The notes under the pieces were generated by a model that did not search any database, was not told the DNA's origin, and worked only from the letters and a program-made list of their open reading frames with translations. From Heteronotia binoei (Eukaryota), in contig NC_083226.1 of NCBI RefSeq assembly GCF_032191835.1, positions 24,180,001 through 24,244,000 of the forward strand: a stretch of 64,000 bases of DNA, in the 5' to 3' direction. Positions 38,793 to 48,564 of this stretch are shown here, piece by piece. Every line of letters starts with the position of its first letter. Positions within the stretch are counted from its first letter, which is position 1. The position numbers were made by a program, and so were the translations under genes.

Positions 38793-38907
38793 GGCCTCCG
38801 CCGACGTTGTACAATTCAACCCAGAAGCTTTCACGGTAAAGGAATCAGCTAAGAACGCGCGCTGTACAGAGCGGATCAAGAAGCTAGCAGAGCCCATTTT
38901 GCGCTGA
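38793..38907 (+). CDS. THEGL: THEGL last coding exon: ASADVVQFNPEAFTVKESAKNARCTERIKKLAEPILR*
   Basis: ttgctttcacag| acceptor and TGA at 38905-38907. Matches the recalled C-terminus [30 protein letters not shown]. Confidence 0.92.
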
Positions 38908-38954
38908 GCCCTTTTGCCAGAGGTGTGTAACGGTCCCTGCCAGCTCTACCAGTC

Positions 38955-38960
38955 ATTAAA
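38955..38960 (+). terminator. Candidate THEGL polyadenylation signal (ATTAAA)
   Basis: Variant hexamer 48 nt after the stop codon, followed by T-rich sequence. Confidence 0.4.
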
Positions 38961-39024
38961 TCCGAAGAGCAGTGGTTGCTTCTTTGACTTTGTTTCCTTC
39001 ACACAGTCAGTCAGTCACAGTCAC

Positions 39025-39350
39025 ATTTTATTTGTATCCCGCCCTCCCCGACCAAGCGGCTCAGGGCGGCTAACAGCATAAAATTCAATACATACATTAT
39101 ATAATAAATAACATTTGAAGACAAATTAAAATCCATAAAATTCTAAAAACATTAATACATTTAGTGCTATTCATCGGCAAGTTTACTTGGCAATTTAGTA
39201 GTATCAGCTGGTGAAGTCCATTTGGAACAGGATGGTTTTGCAGGCCCTGCGGAATTGTTCAATGTCCCGCAGGGCCCGCATTTCCTCTGGGAGTTGATTC
39301 CACAGCTGTGGGGCCAAAACTGAGAAGGCACATACCCCTCTGCACAAATG
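39025..39350 (-). mobile_element. L2 LINE 3' fragment; short L2-type tails near 22300-22440, 25610-25685 and 27730-27795, and a + fragment near 37380-37600
   Basis: The - strand reads AFSVLAPQLWNQLPEEMRALRDIEQFRRACKTILF; gagccgccctgagcc-type 3' end. Confidence 0.75.
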
Positions 39351-39412
39351 CTCCATGGTACTTGAAAATAGGCTGGGCCCAGGGCTGGCTCATCCATTAG
39401 GCAACCCTAGGT

Positions 39413-39996
39413 CAGGAGTGTCAAACATGCAGCCCGGGGGCCAAATCAGGCCCCTGGAGGGCTGCTATCAGGCCCCCAAGCAACTGGCTGTCATCTGCTT
39501 CCTTCTGCATAACAGCTTGCTTTGTCAGGCATGCTCAATTGCACACAAGCCACAGAGCAAAGTCTCTGTTTTCTCCATTGGCTGAGGCTCCTCCCTTGGG
39601 GAGGAAGGGGGGGAGACAAAACTTGCTTTGCCAGGCTCTCTCAGTCGCACAGCAGAGCTACTGAGCCAACCCTCTCTTCTTTCTATTGGCTGAAGCTTCT
39701 CCCCCTCTTGGCCCCTTGGGGAAGGATAGAAAGAGCAGAGGCTTCCTTTGCCCAGTTCCCTGGATCTTATGGAAAAGATACAACGAAAGCACCTTTAAGA
39801 CCAATGAGTGCTAATGTTTTAAGCATGTTTTAAGTTTTTTTTTTAAAGCATTGTGTTTGGCTGTGCCCTTTATAAAGTTTATATCTCTGCTACCTAATCT
39901 TAAATAGAAAAATGCACGGCCCGGCCTGATGCTGGAACAGCATGGTCTCATGTATGTCAGATCCAGCCCTCATAACAAATGAGTTTGACACTCCTG
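39413..39996. mobile_element. hAT MITE (same family, opposite orientation)
   Basis: caggagtgtcaaac...gtttgacactcctg; perfect TSD ccctaggt. Confidence 0.9.
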
Positions 39997-41473
39997 CCCT
40001 AGGTGGTTGCCTATGGGTGCAGCCTGGGGGGGCACTGAACTGGGGATGAGCGGTGGCAGAGTAGCCAGTGAGTAAGTGAAGAAGGGAGAGCCTCTCCCCT
40101 TCCCACTCACAGTTAAAGGCCCTGCTGATCAGCTGATGGACAAGCCCTTCAGCCCATTCCCTCACGTGCATTTTAAATCGTGCAGGAGGGAGGCAGCAGA
40201 GGCAAAGGTGGCAGATGTGGCGGCAATCTGGATATCCGGATCGCAGCCCCTGCAGCCAGGTTGCACCACCACTCTGGGGCACTCAGCGTGGCTGCCACCA
40301 TTGAAGGGAGCTCTGCCCCACCGCCTCTTAGGTCAGATGACAAGGCAAGGTTGGTGCCTGTAGAAAGGGAGGGCCAGGGGTGGGGGCACACTTTGCCTGT
40401 GGGTCGGGGGGGGGCGGGAAGGCGCCTTGCCTAAGGCACTAGGCACCCTAGCGCCAGCGCTGGCTGGGCCTGGGGTTACACCCTCTCAAAAATACTCAAT
40501 AGGGCTGCCCGCTTCTAGGTGGTGGCTGGAGATCTCCTGGGATTCTCTCAGCTCCATCAGATGGGGGGGGTGGGGGGAGGAAAGGATGGTGATTGTGAGC
40601 TGCTTGGAGACTCCTTGAGGTAGAGAAAAGCGGGATATAAAAACCAGCCCTTCTTTTTCACCAGCTCCACCAGGGCGACAGGGGAAGGCTTTGGGCAGGG
40701 GGCCCTCCAGGGCAGATACTCACCAGGATTGCCTTTCCCACCCCAGTAAAGCAAATGGCCAATCTGCTCCTTTCTTTCAAGAGAGATCATAGCAAAGCAG
40801 GAGAACACTTCGAAAGTGGACCATCACAAGATGTCATGCAAATGAATGCTCAAAAAAATTTCCAGTTTGGAAGCAACATCCATGCAGAAGCAGCCATAGT
40901 GAACATCTCATGTGTGGATGTATTTATTTACTTCTTTAAAAATTTCCTCTTTCTAACGGCTGTGGTAGTCAACACAACTTGAAACAAAACGCAATCACAG
41001 GAGACCCTGTCATTTAATCATTATTACATTTACTTTGCTCTGGCTGAACACCTCCCAGCTGTTATTGTTTTTTTTAAAGTCAAACAGGGAAAGTCCTTTG
41101 AGGACATGCACCAGTTCAGACTTCGACAGGCTTCTCAAATAAGGGAACTGTATGGTTTTGGGGGCCACACACAAGATAACCTCTCCATTCAAACTTGCCA
41201 TACGTATGATATGGCCAAGAAGCCACTTTGGATGACTTTAAAGCTAAAAATGGAAGAAAATGAAGAATTCTGAGATACGGCCCAAACCATGATTATCGGT
41301 AGTGGTGATGGTGATGCTTTTTCTTACGTGTCGGTGCCATAAGAAAACCCATAAATGGAGGCAGGGCGAGGCTCGCAGCATGGCGGATGCCTAAGGAGCT
41401 AGCTCCCGAACCCTTCCTCGCAAATTGGGCATTAGTCCTCAAAAATCGCTCCACATCTTCTTGAGCCCAGGCT

Positions 41474-42406
41474 ATGGGCAATCCTAAACTCCAAAAAGGA
41501 CAACCATCAGTAACAACACATTCGATGACCTCCTACTCTTTAGCCGGCGTGACTCCACAAACCAGACCTGACCGCGGTGAGTCTGAAGTCAACATGGTGG
41601 GTGAAGGAACCACCGAGCCTCGAGACGCTCCAATCCTCACCACCCACAAGTTCCTGGCATCGATCTCCAGACTAGAATCGAGCATTGCCGCTAACATTTC
41701 TGCTCTCAGTGACCCTGTCAAGGAACAGCTAAGAGCCATGAATGAGACACTGACTCATGTGGCCACGATCGCGAACTCGGCATTTGAAATGGTGACCACT
41801 GCGACTGAAGCCTGGTCACGCAACAAAATCGTGGTGCTCAAGAATAAATTAAAAGAGAGGAACCTCAAATTTTGCAGGTTCCCTGAGCACGCAGAACAAG
41901 GCAAAGATATTCGCTCCTTCCTCGCCAAATGGCTAGCCACCTCCCTCCAGCTCGAAGATGGCATCGCGCCATTGGTAGACACAGCCTACCGCATCACCAC
42001 CCGCTCAGCAACACGTCCGAGAGACGTCCTGGCTTCCTTCCCAGACGCTCACACACGCGAAACCATCCTCAAACTATCTTGGACAGGGAAAGGACTTACC
42101 TTCAAAGGCTGCAAGATCACCGTCCTGCTGGACCTGTCCCCCGAGACTCGCCAGTCAAGGAAAACACTGAGACTCACGATCACCCGACTTCTAGATAACA
42201 ACATTCGCTTTCGCTGGCAAACGCCCACACAAATCGCTGTTGTCCATCAGGGAAGACGCTTCCTGGCATCCGATGCAGACTCCGGTGCCCAACTCCTACT
42301 GGCTTTAAACATTGAACTCCCGGGCCTTAAACCAAATGAATTCCTGGAAGACAGAACTTCGACCACCTTTGAGAGGCTCCACAGCAAGACACATGCCTGC
42401 CACTGA
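41474..42406 (+). CDS. L1 ORF1p (RNA-binding, Transposase_22-like), 310 aa open
   Basis: KERNLKFCRFPE, TAYRI, RPRDVLASF and ITVLLDLSPET..R motifs typical of the L1 ORF1 RRM/CTD. The coiled-coil part looks short. Confidence 0.85.
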   Translation: MGNPKLQKGQPSVTTHSMTSYSLAGVTPQTRPDRGESEVNMVGEGTTEPRDAPILTTHKFLASISRLESSIAANISALSDPVKEQLRAMNETLTHVATIANSAFEMVTTATEAWSRNKIVVLKNKLKERNLKFCRFPEHAEQGKDIRSFLAKWLATSLQLEDGIAPLVDTAYRITTRSATRPRDVLASFPDAHTRETILKLSWTGKGLTFKGCKITVLLDLSPETRQSRKTLRLTITRLLDNNIRFRWQTPTQIAVVHQGRRFLASDADSGAQLLLALNIELPGLKPNEFLEDRTSTTFERLHSKTHACH

Positions 42407-42614
42407 ACCCTGACTGGGAAGTACTTCTTTACTATCCTTCTGTGGTCGCTGCATTATTACTTTACTAAACTAAGTTTACATCCGTTTAGGTTAAGTTAAT
42501 GGTTTGAAACAAACGCCAATAGCCTTAACCCACTTGAGTTTTATTTTATTAACCCAGTTCTCCACTTGAAGGGAAGGGAACTCTCCCTGTGTTTCCCCCC
42601 TCCATACCCACTAT

Positions 42615-43115
42615 CTCTCGGCTTGACTTCGCAAATGAAGATTTAAGAAAGGTGCAGTAGTCCACGACTGCTGCAGGCTCGCTGGTGGCTGACAAGACCA
42701 ATGCGGGACAGGCAGGTCCGGCCACAGTGGCTGCAGAGAAAAGTCTGATTTGGGGTTGGTGCTGTAGCAGTACAATTCTTCCTCAATCTCCTTTGTCCTC
42801 AAGACCAGCTATGCGTGCGTTCTCAAAGGAAGAGACAGCCAGGTGGATGGTGTGCCTCCATGCTTTGCGATCTGAGGCTAGGTCAGACCACTGGTGATGG
42901 TTAATGCAACAGGTACCAAGGGATTTCTTCAAGGAGTCCTTGTACCTCTTCTTTGGTGCCCCTCTATTTCGATGGCCGGTGGAAAGTTCGCCATACAGGG
43001 CAATCTTGGGAAGGCGGTGGTTTTCCATCCTGGAGATATGCCCTGCCCAGCGGAGCTGCGTCTTCAACAGCAATGCCTCGATGCTTGTAACCTCCGCCCG
43101 CTTGAGGACTTCATT
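42615..43115 (-). mobile_element. 5'-truncated RTE-clade LINE inserted in the L1
   Basis: QLRWAGHISRMENHRLPKIALYGEL..RGAPKKRYKDSLK and terminal CGRTCLSRIGLVSHQRAC. 11-bp TSD atacccactat at 42604-42614 and 43116-43126. Confidence 0.9.
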
Positions 43116-43674
43116 ATACCCACTATAGAGAGCTGAAGAATTATTTAATAACATAGTCCACTCTTAGATAAGAGCAGACTATGAAACTGGACCTATGGGA
43201 GTTCACTTTGATCTCCCTCAAATGTGTGTTTTGTTTTGTTTTGTTTTTAAGTTTAATTTTGCTTTTATCTTTATCTATAGACGCACTTTATTTTGAAAGT
43301 TTTGCAAATGCTCCTTATGTATATGCTCACCACCACAACAAATCCAGGCTACCTCAATTGCCTGCCAGCAGCTCTAATCCAACTGCCAATTACTGCTGTA
43401 TTCTAAGGTCAGTCCAAAAAGGTGGCCTCTGCAGTGGTATACACCCTCAACCCTTTCCCCCAATGCATGCCATAGGCACCTAGCCATCGCCACAATGTTC
43501 TGGACTTGTTGGTGCGTGCCAAACCTGATTAATGGGCCCCCCTTTCAACTTTGCAAACGATCCTGTATAGAGACAGTAAAAAGGCACCTCTTCCCTTATG
43601 CCAAGACGTTGACTGCCGTGCATCTTGGGGATACCCTCCAACTCTCTTCGCTACAAATCTTTATGTTTTTGCTT

Positions 43675-44750
43675 GAGGTTTCTCCCCTGTATGAGAACTA
43701 TCCCTGGTATGGGACATCACTCCTGCACAAGGTTTCTCCCCTGGCGAAGACCATCCTTCCACTCGGGGTGCCTCCCTTATACAAGACATCCCCCTGGGGC
43801 AAGGATTTTTCCCAACACCAGATCCCTCCTCCACCTAAGACTTTTCTCCCACTCGGGGCTTCTCCCCCATATGGGACCTTCCTACTGAGCAAGGTTTCTC
43901 CCCAGTACAAGGCCCCTCCTTGGGTCAAAACTCCCTCACCTGGGGTTTCTCCCCTGTATGAGACTTCCCACCTAAGTAAGATTTCTCCCCAATATGAAAC
44001 CACTTCCTTGCTGAGAACCTTTCCTCCACCCGGAACTTCCCTCCGATATGGGACCTCACCAGACTAAGGTTTCTTCTGAGTACACGGTCCTTCCCTTATC
44101 AAGGACCTTTCCTCCACCAAAGGTTTCTCCCCTGTATGGGACCCCCCACTTGAGCAAGGTTTCTCCCCAGTATGAGGTTCCTCCCTTGCCTAAAACATCC
44201 CCCGCCTGGGGTTTCTCCCCTGTATGGGACCCCCTGTCTGAGGAAGGTTTCTTCCCAGTACGAGGTCCCTCCCTCACCTAAGACATCTCCTCTGCCTGAG
44301 GTTTCTTCCCTGCATGGGACTCCCCACCTGAGCAAGGTTTCTCCCCAATACGAGGTCCCTCCCCTGCCTAAGACACCTCATCCGCCTGAGGTTTCTCCCC
44401 TGTATGGAACTCCCCACCTGAGTAAGGTTTCTCCCCAGCATGAGGCCTCTCCCTTGCCTAAGTCATCTCCTCTGCCTGAGGTTTCTCCCCTGTATGGGAC
44501 TTCCCACCTGAGGCTTCTCCCCAGTATGAGGTCCCTCCCTTGCCTAAGACATCTCCTCTGCCTGAGGTTTCGCCCCTGTATGGGACCCTCCATCTGAGTA
44601 AGATTTCCCCCCAATAGTCTCTCCCTTGTCTAGGACCTCCCCTCCGCCTGGAGTTTCTCCCTTGTAGGGGACCACACACCCAAGTAAGATTTCTCCCTGG
44701 CACAGAGTCTCCTGTTTGTCTAAGACCTCTCGTCCACCAGACGTTTCTGA
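43675..44750 (+). repeat. Higher-order tandem repeat, ~12 x 90 bp (alternating 36- and 54-bp subunits), in the L1 inter-ORF region
   Basis: Subunits aggtttctcccctgtatgggactccccacctgagca (36) and aggtttctccccagtatgaggtccctcccttgcctaagacatctcctctgcctg (54). Confidence 0.9.
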
Positions 44751-44793
44751 AGCCACCCCCCCCAAAAAAATTCTCTCCCACTCCATCCCCACA

Positions 44794-47700
44794 ATGGCTA
44801 ACCACACTAAAATTCTCTCGCTTAACTGCAGAGGCCTAAACAACAAAATCAAAGCCAAGAAGATCACAGCTGCCCTATCTAAACTTCGCCCTGATCTCTT
44901 TGTACAGGAAACCCACATAAAAACACAAGGCTCCCCCATTCTCAAATTCAAATAATTCCCCAAGCGATACTCAGCCTCAGGCACTTCCAAATCCAGGGGA
45001 GTTGCTATTCTGTTTTCAAAACACACAATTTCACTGTGCTGCCTCAGAAATAGATCCCCAAGGACGATACATATTTCTAAAAGGGACCCTAAATGGAACG
45101 CAGTACATGCTAGTGTCCCTATATGCTCCAAATGAGGCACAATATCAATTCATAGAAAATACTTTTACCAAACTTTCTCTTTTCCAAGAAGGACACGTAA
45201 TCATAGGGGGAGATCTTAATATGATCCTAGATTCCAAACTAAACAGGTCCTATACCAGAGTGCCTAAACAACATGTCAAGTCAACTAGGCTACAGGATCT
45301 CCTAAAACAGCTCCATCTAAATAACATATGGAGGCTACAAAACCCGGGATCCAAGGACTACACCTATTTCTCCACCAGGCACAATATATTCATGAGAATT
45401 GACTTCTTTCTAGTTTCTGACTCCCTCATTCCTAAAGCCCTACACACCGACATTGGTTTGTGAATGCTATCCGACCATGCCTGGATAGAATGCACCTTAA
45501 ACCTCACTATCGAACAAACATGCACAGCATCATGGTTTTAAATAAATCTCTTTTATTCAATCAAGATGCATGTCAAGAAATCGAAACCCAATTCAAAATT
45601 ATTTTAAATCTAATTCCTCCTGTGGAGTACCGTCTGAAGTTGTTTGGGATGCAGTGAAGGCGGTCATACAAGGAAAATGCATCTCTTTAAGTGCAGCCTG
45701 TAAAAAAAGAAATCAAAAACTTAGAGATGACATTCTTGAGAATATCAAATCACTTGAATTAAAACACAAGCAAAGCAGGGATGCCCCTTATCCCACTTAC
45801 TCTTCACCTTTGTAATAGAATCACTGGCCAATATAATCCGCCAATCTGATAAAGATCGTGGCATCAACATCCAAGATAATACCTTTAAAATCAACCTATT
45901 TGCCGATGATATTGTCCTATTCCTATCTAACCCAACTCAATCCCTGGAAGAGTTGACACAAATATTTCATACCTTCGGGGCACTGTCAGGATTAAAGGTT
46001 AACCCAGCCAAAACGGTGCTGTACCCCCATCAAACTACTGCCACAAACGCAAACACACATCAGATGACTACCAGTGGGTCGAAGCTATGGACACAAATAC
46101 TTAATTTGCTTCCTGCAATGGAAGCATTTATCCAAGGTGAACTATACCTCTTCAGAGCTCTACCCCTCGAGCTGTCACTGATTCACCTTTTGCAAATGGC
46201 AAAATATGTTTCTAGACTTTATCTGGGGCTATAAAAAGCCCCAGCTTTTGGAAATATTTCCATTGCTTCCTGCTTCCAATGGAAGCATTTTTCCAAGGTG
46301 AACTATGACAGATCATTCACAGAAATCTCTAATTATTAAAACAATGGGATATGACCCACCTCTCTTGGTTAGAACAAATGAACATGGTAAAATCATTTAT
46401 CTTCCCTAAGCTGCTATACCTCTTCAGAGCTCTACCCCTCAAGCTGTCACCGACTCACCTTTTGCAAATGGCAAAATATGTTTCTAGACTTTATCTGGGG
46501 TATAAAAAGCCCTGGCTTAACATAGCTGTTCTCAGCAAATCGAAAACACAAGGCGGGTTAGCAGTCCCGAATGTGAGATTGTACTACCAGGCCAATATAC
46601 TGTCGGACATGTGCAGAATACTATATAACAACCCCTCCCCAGCATGGACTAACATTGAAGAAGCCCACATTACTCCATGCAAATACTTTGAATTCATCTG
46701 GCTCAAAAAAGCAGCCAGACCACAATGGCAAATAACCCATTCCTTAAGGCCACTATAACAACATGGGACCAACTGAGACACCGTCTAGCACTGAACATAT
46801 CTCCTATCTCGACCTTCCTTGGCCAACCCTGGTTCAAACCAGCCCATCTCCCAAACACCTTCCCCACATGGAGGCAAGCTACCCTAAAATATTTCACAAA
46901 CATTACGTCCAAATCTAAATTACTTTCCAGAGATAATCTAAGGGAAAAAATCTTAACACCCCACTACCATAGTTTGAATACCTCCAAGTTCTGCACTTAA
47001 TGGACAGCCCAAAAGTCAAAGAGGGAATGAAACGCCCACACACAGCATTTGAAACCCTAGTTACACGACCTACTAAAGAGAAGAAAGGAATTATCTCGCA
47101 AATTTACCAAATCCTACTCCCCCTTGCTTTTGCCAAACTCCCTCAATATACACACTCATGGCACAAAGAATGTAACACAAAACTAACCTCCACACAATGG
47201 GAATCAATCTGGTCGACAGATGCATTCCAAACCAAATCCCTAAATATCTTCCAACAAAACTTTAAAACACTTTCCAGATGGTATCACACCCCTGCTAAAT
47301 TTGTACACATGATCCCCAATTACTCACCCCTTTGCTGGAGAGGATGTGGCAAGGTAGCGAACTACGTCCACTGCTGGTGGGAATGCCCAACGATGCAAAC
47401 CTTCTGGGTAACAACCCTATACCAAATACTCAACCTGACTGGTATTTCACCCCTGACTGGACCCCCAGTTGATCCTCCTTAACCAATGGCACGCTACCAA
47501 ATACCTGAACACAAGCGGCCCCTCATGACAACCCTCCTTTATTGCGGCTAAGTCAGTCATATCCCAAAGGTGGAAAAACTCTAAAACCCTTACCCCTGCC
47601 ACCTGGCTCTCTAAGATCTGGGATCATCTGATCATGGACAAAATCACCTCGAATCTAGAACAAACAGAACCATATGAATCTTATCTACAATTTGTGACCA

Positions 47701-47795
47701 AATGGTCCCCAATCCTAGAAAAAATTGAAACAGAACCTTGGTATGTTAACTCCTTCAATAGGAATACAGTATACAAAGAAATTCTTCAACTGTAA
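44794..47795 (+). pseudogene. L1 ORF2 remnant (APE endonuclease, RT, Cys-rich C-terminus) with stops, frameshifts, an internal deletion and a duplication
   Basis: MANHTKILSLNCRGLN..QETH, DPQGRY, IIGGDLN and RIDFFL (EN); QGCPLS and FADD (45899-45910, RT); CWRGCGKVANYVHCWWECP. Confidence 0.9.
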
Positions 47796-48564
47796 TCTTC
47801 CCCCTCTTCCTGTAGCTTAGTAGTGTGTCTTCATATGCACGGAAACCAACGTACTTTTGTCAACTGTTTATTATTAATTAGTGTATTGTTTTATTGTTTA
47901 ACTTGTTGTTGTTGTTAGTTGTTTGTACATTGAATTAATAACATCTCCATGACTATGTACTATTGCAAACCACAATAAAAGTTTGTTTATTAAAAAAAAA
48001 GGAAACCCATAAATAAGCAAAGCCAGATCCCTGCCCCCAAGGAAACTACCACCTATATATCGTGAGAAAGGGAGAGAGATAGCAGAGGGAGGGGAGGATG
48101 GTACAGACAACAGTAACACAGGATGAATGCAAGCGTGAAAACTTTTATAGTTTGAATTGTGTTTGTCAATCAGTGGAAAACCAGAGAAGAGACTAGAGCC
48201 CTGATGTTATGTTGGTCTGGCATATTCCCTATGTGCAGAGGTGAGCTACTGCATTCTTCTCTTCTGAAACTTCCAGCTGGTCACCAAAGAAAGTTCCTCC
48301 ATTAGTTTTTAATACAGGAGTTATTCCTTTGATTTATTAGCTAAAGGTATAAATAGGAGACCCTCTGCCTTCAGCTTCTTTGGTTTGTAGGCTGCCTCTG
48401 CCTCATAAGTTTGAACATCAGAAGAGCCCTGCTGGATCAGACCAGTGGTCCATCTTGTCCAGCATCCTGTCACACACAGTGGCCAACCAGTTCCTCTGGA
48501 GGGCCAATCACAGGGCATAGAGGCAGAGACCTTCCCCTCCTGGCTCTGGGATTTAGAGGATTAG

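Larger units (their letters stand above)
41357..47998 (+). mobile_element. L1-clade LINE retaining both termini, inactivated
   Basis: TSD aagaaaacccataaat (41341-41356) / aaggaaacccataaat (47999-48014). Has a 5'UTR, ORF1, long inter-ORF region, ORF2 with EN, RT (QGCPLS, FADD) and C-terminal Cys motif, then AATAAA and an A-tail. Confidence 0.92.

Noticed and set aside
43675-44750. Repeat array as a CRISPR-like repeat-spacer locus
   Set aside because: Eukaryotic context, both alternating subunits are conserved, there are no unique spacers and no cas genes.
43698-45140. Minus-strand Gly/Glu-rich ORFs over the array
   Set aside because: They mirror the triplet-periodic repeat. The synonymous variation and Kozak start favour the + frame, although an antisense ORF0-like product cannot be fully excluded.
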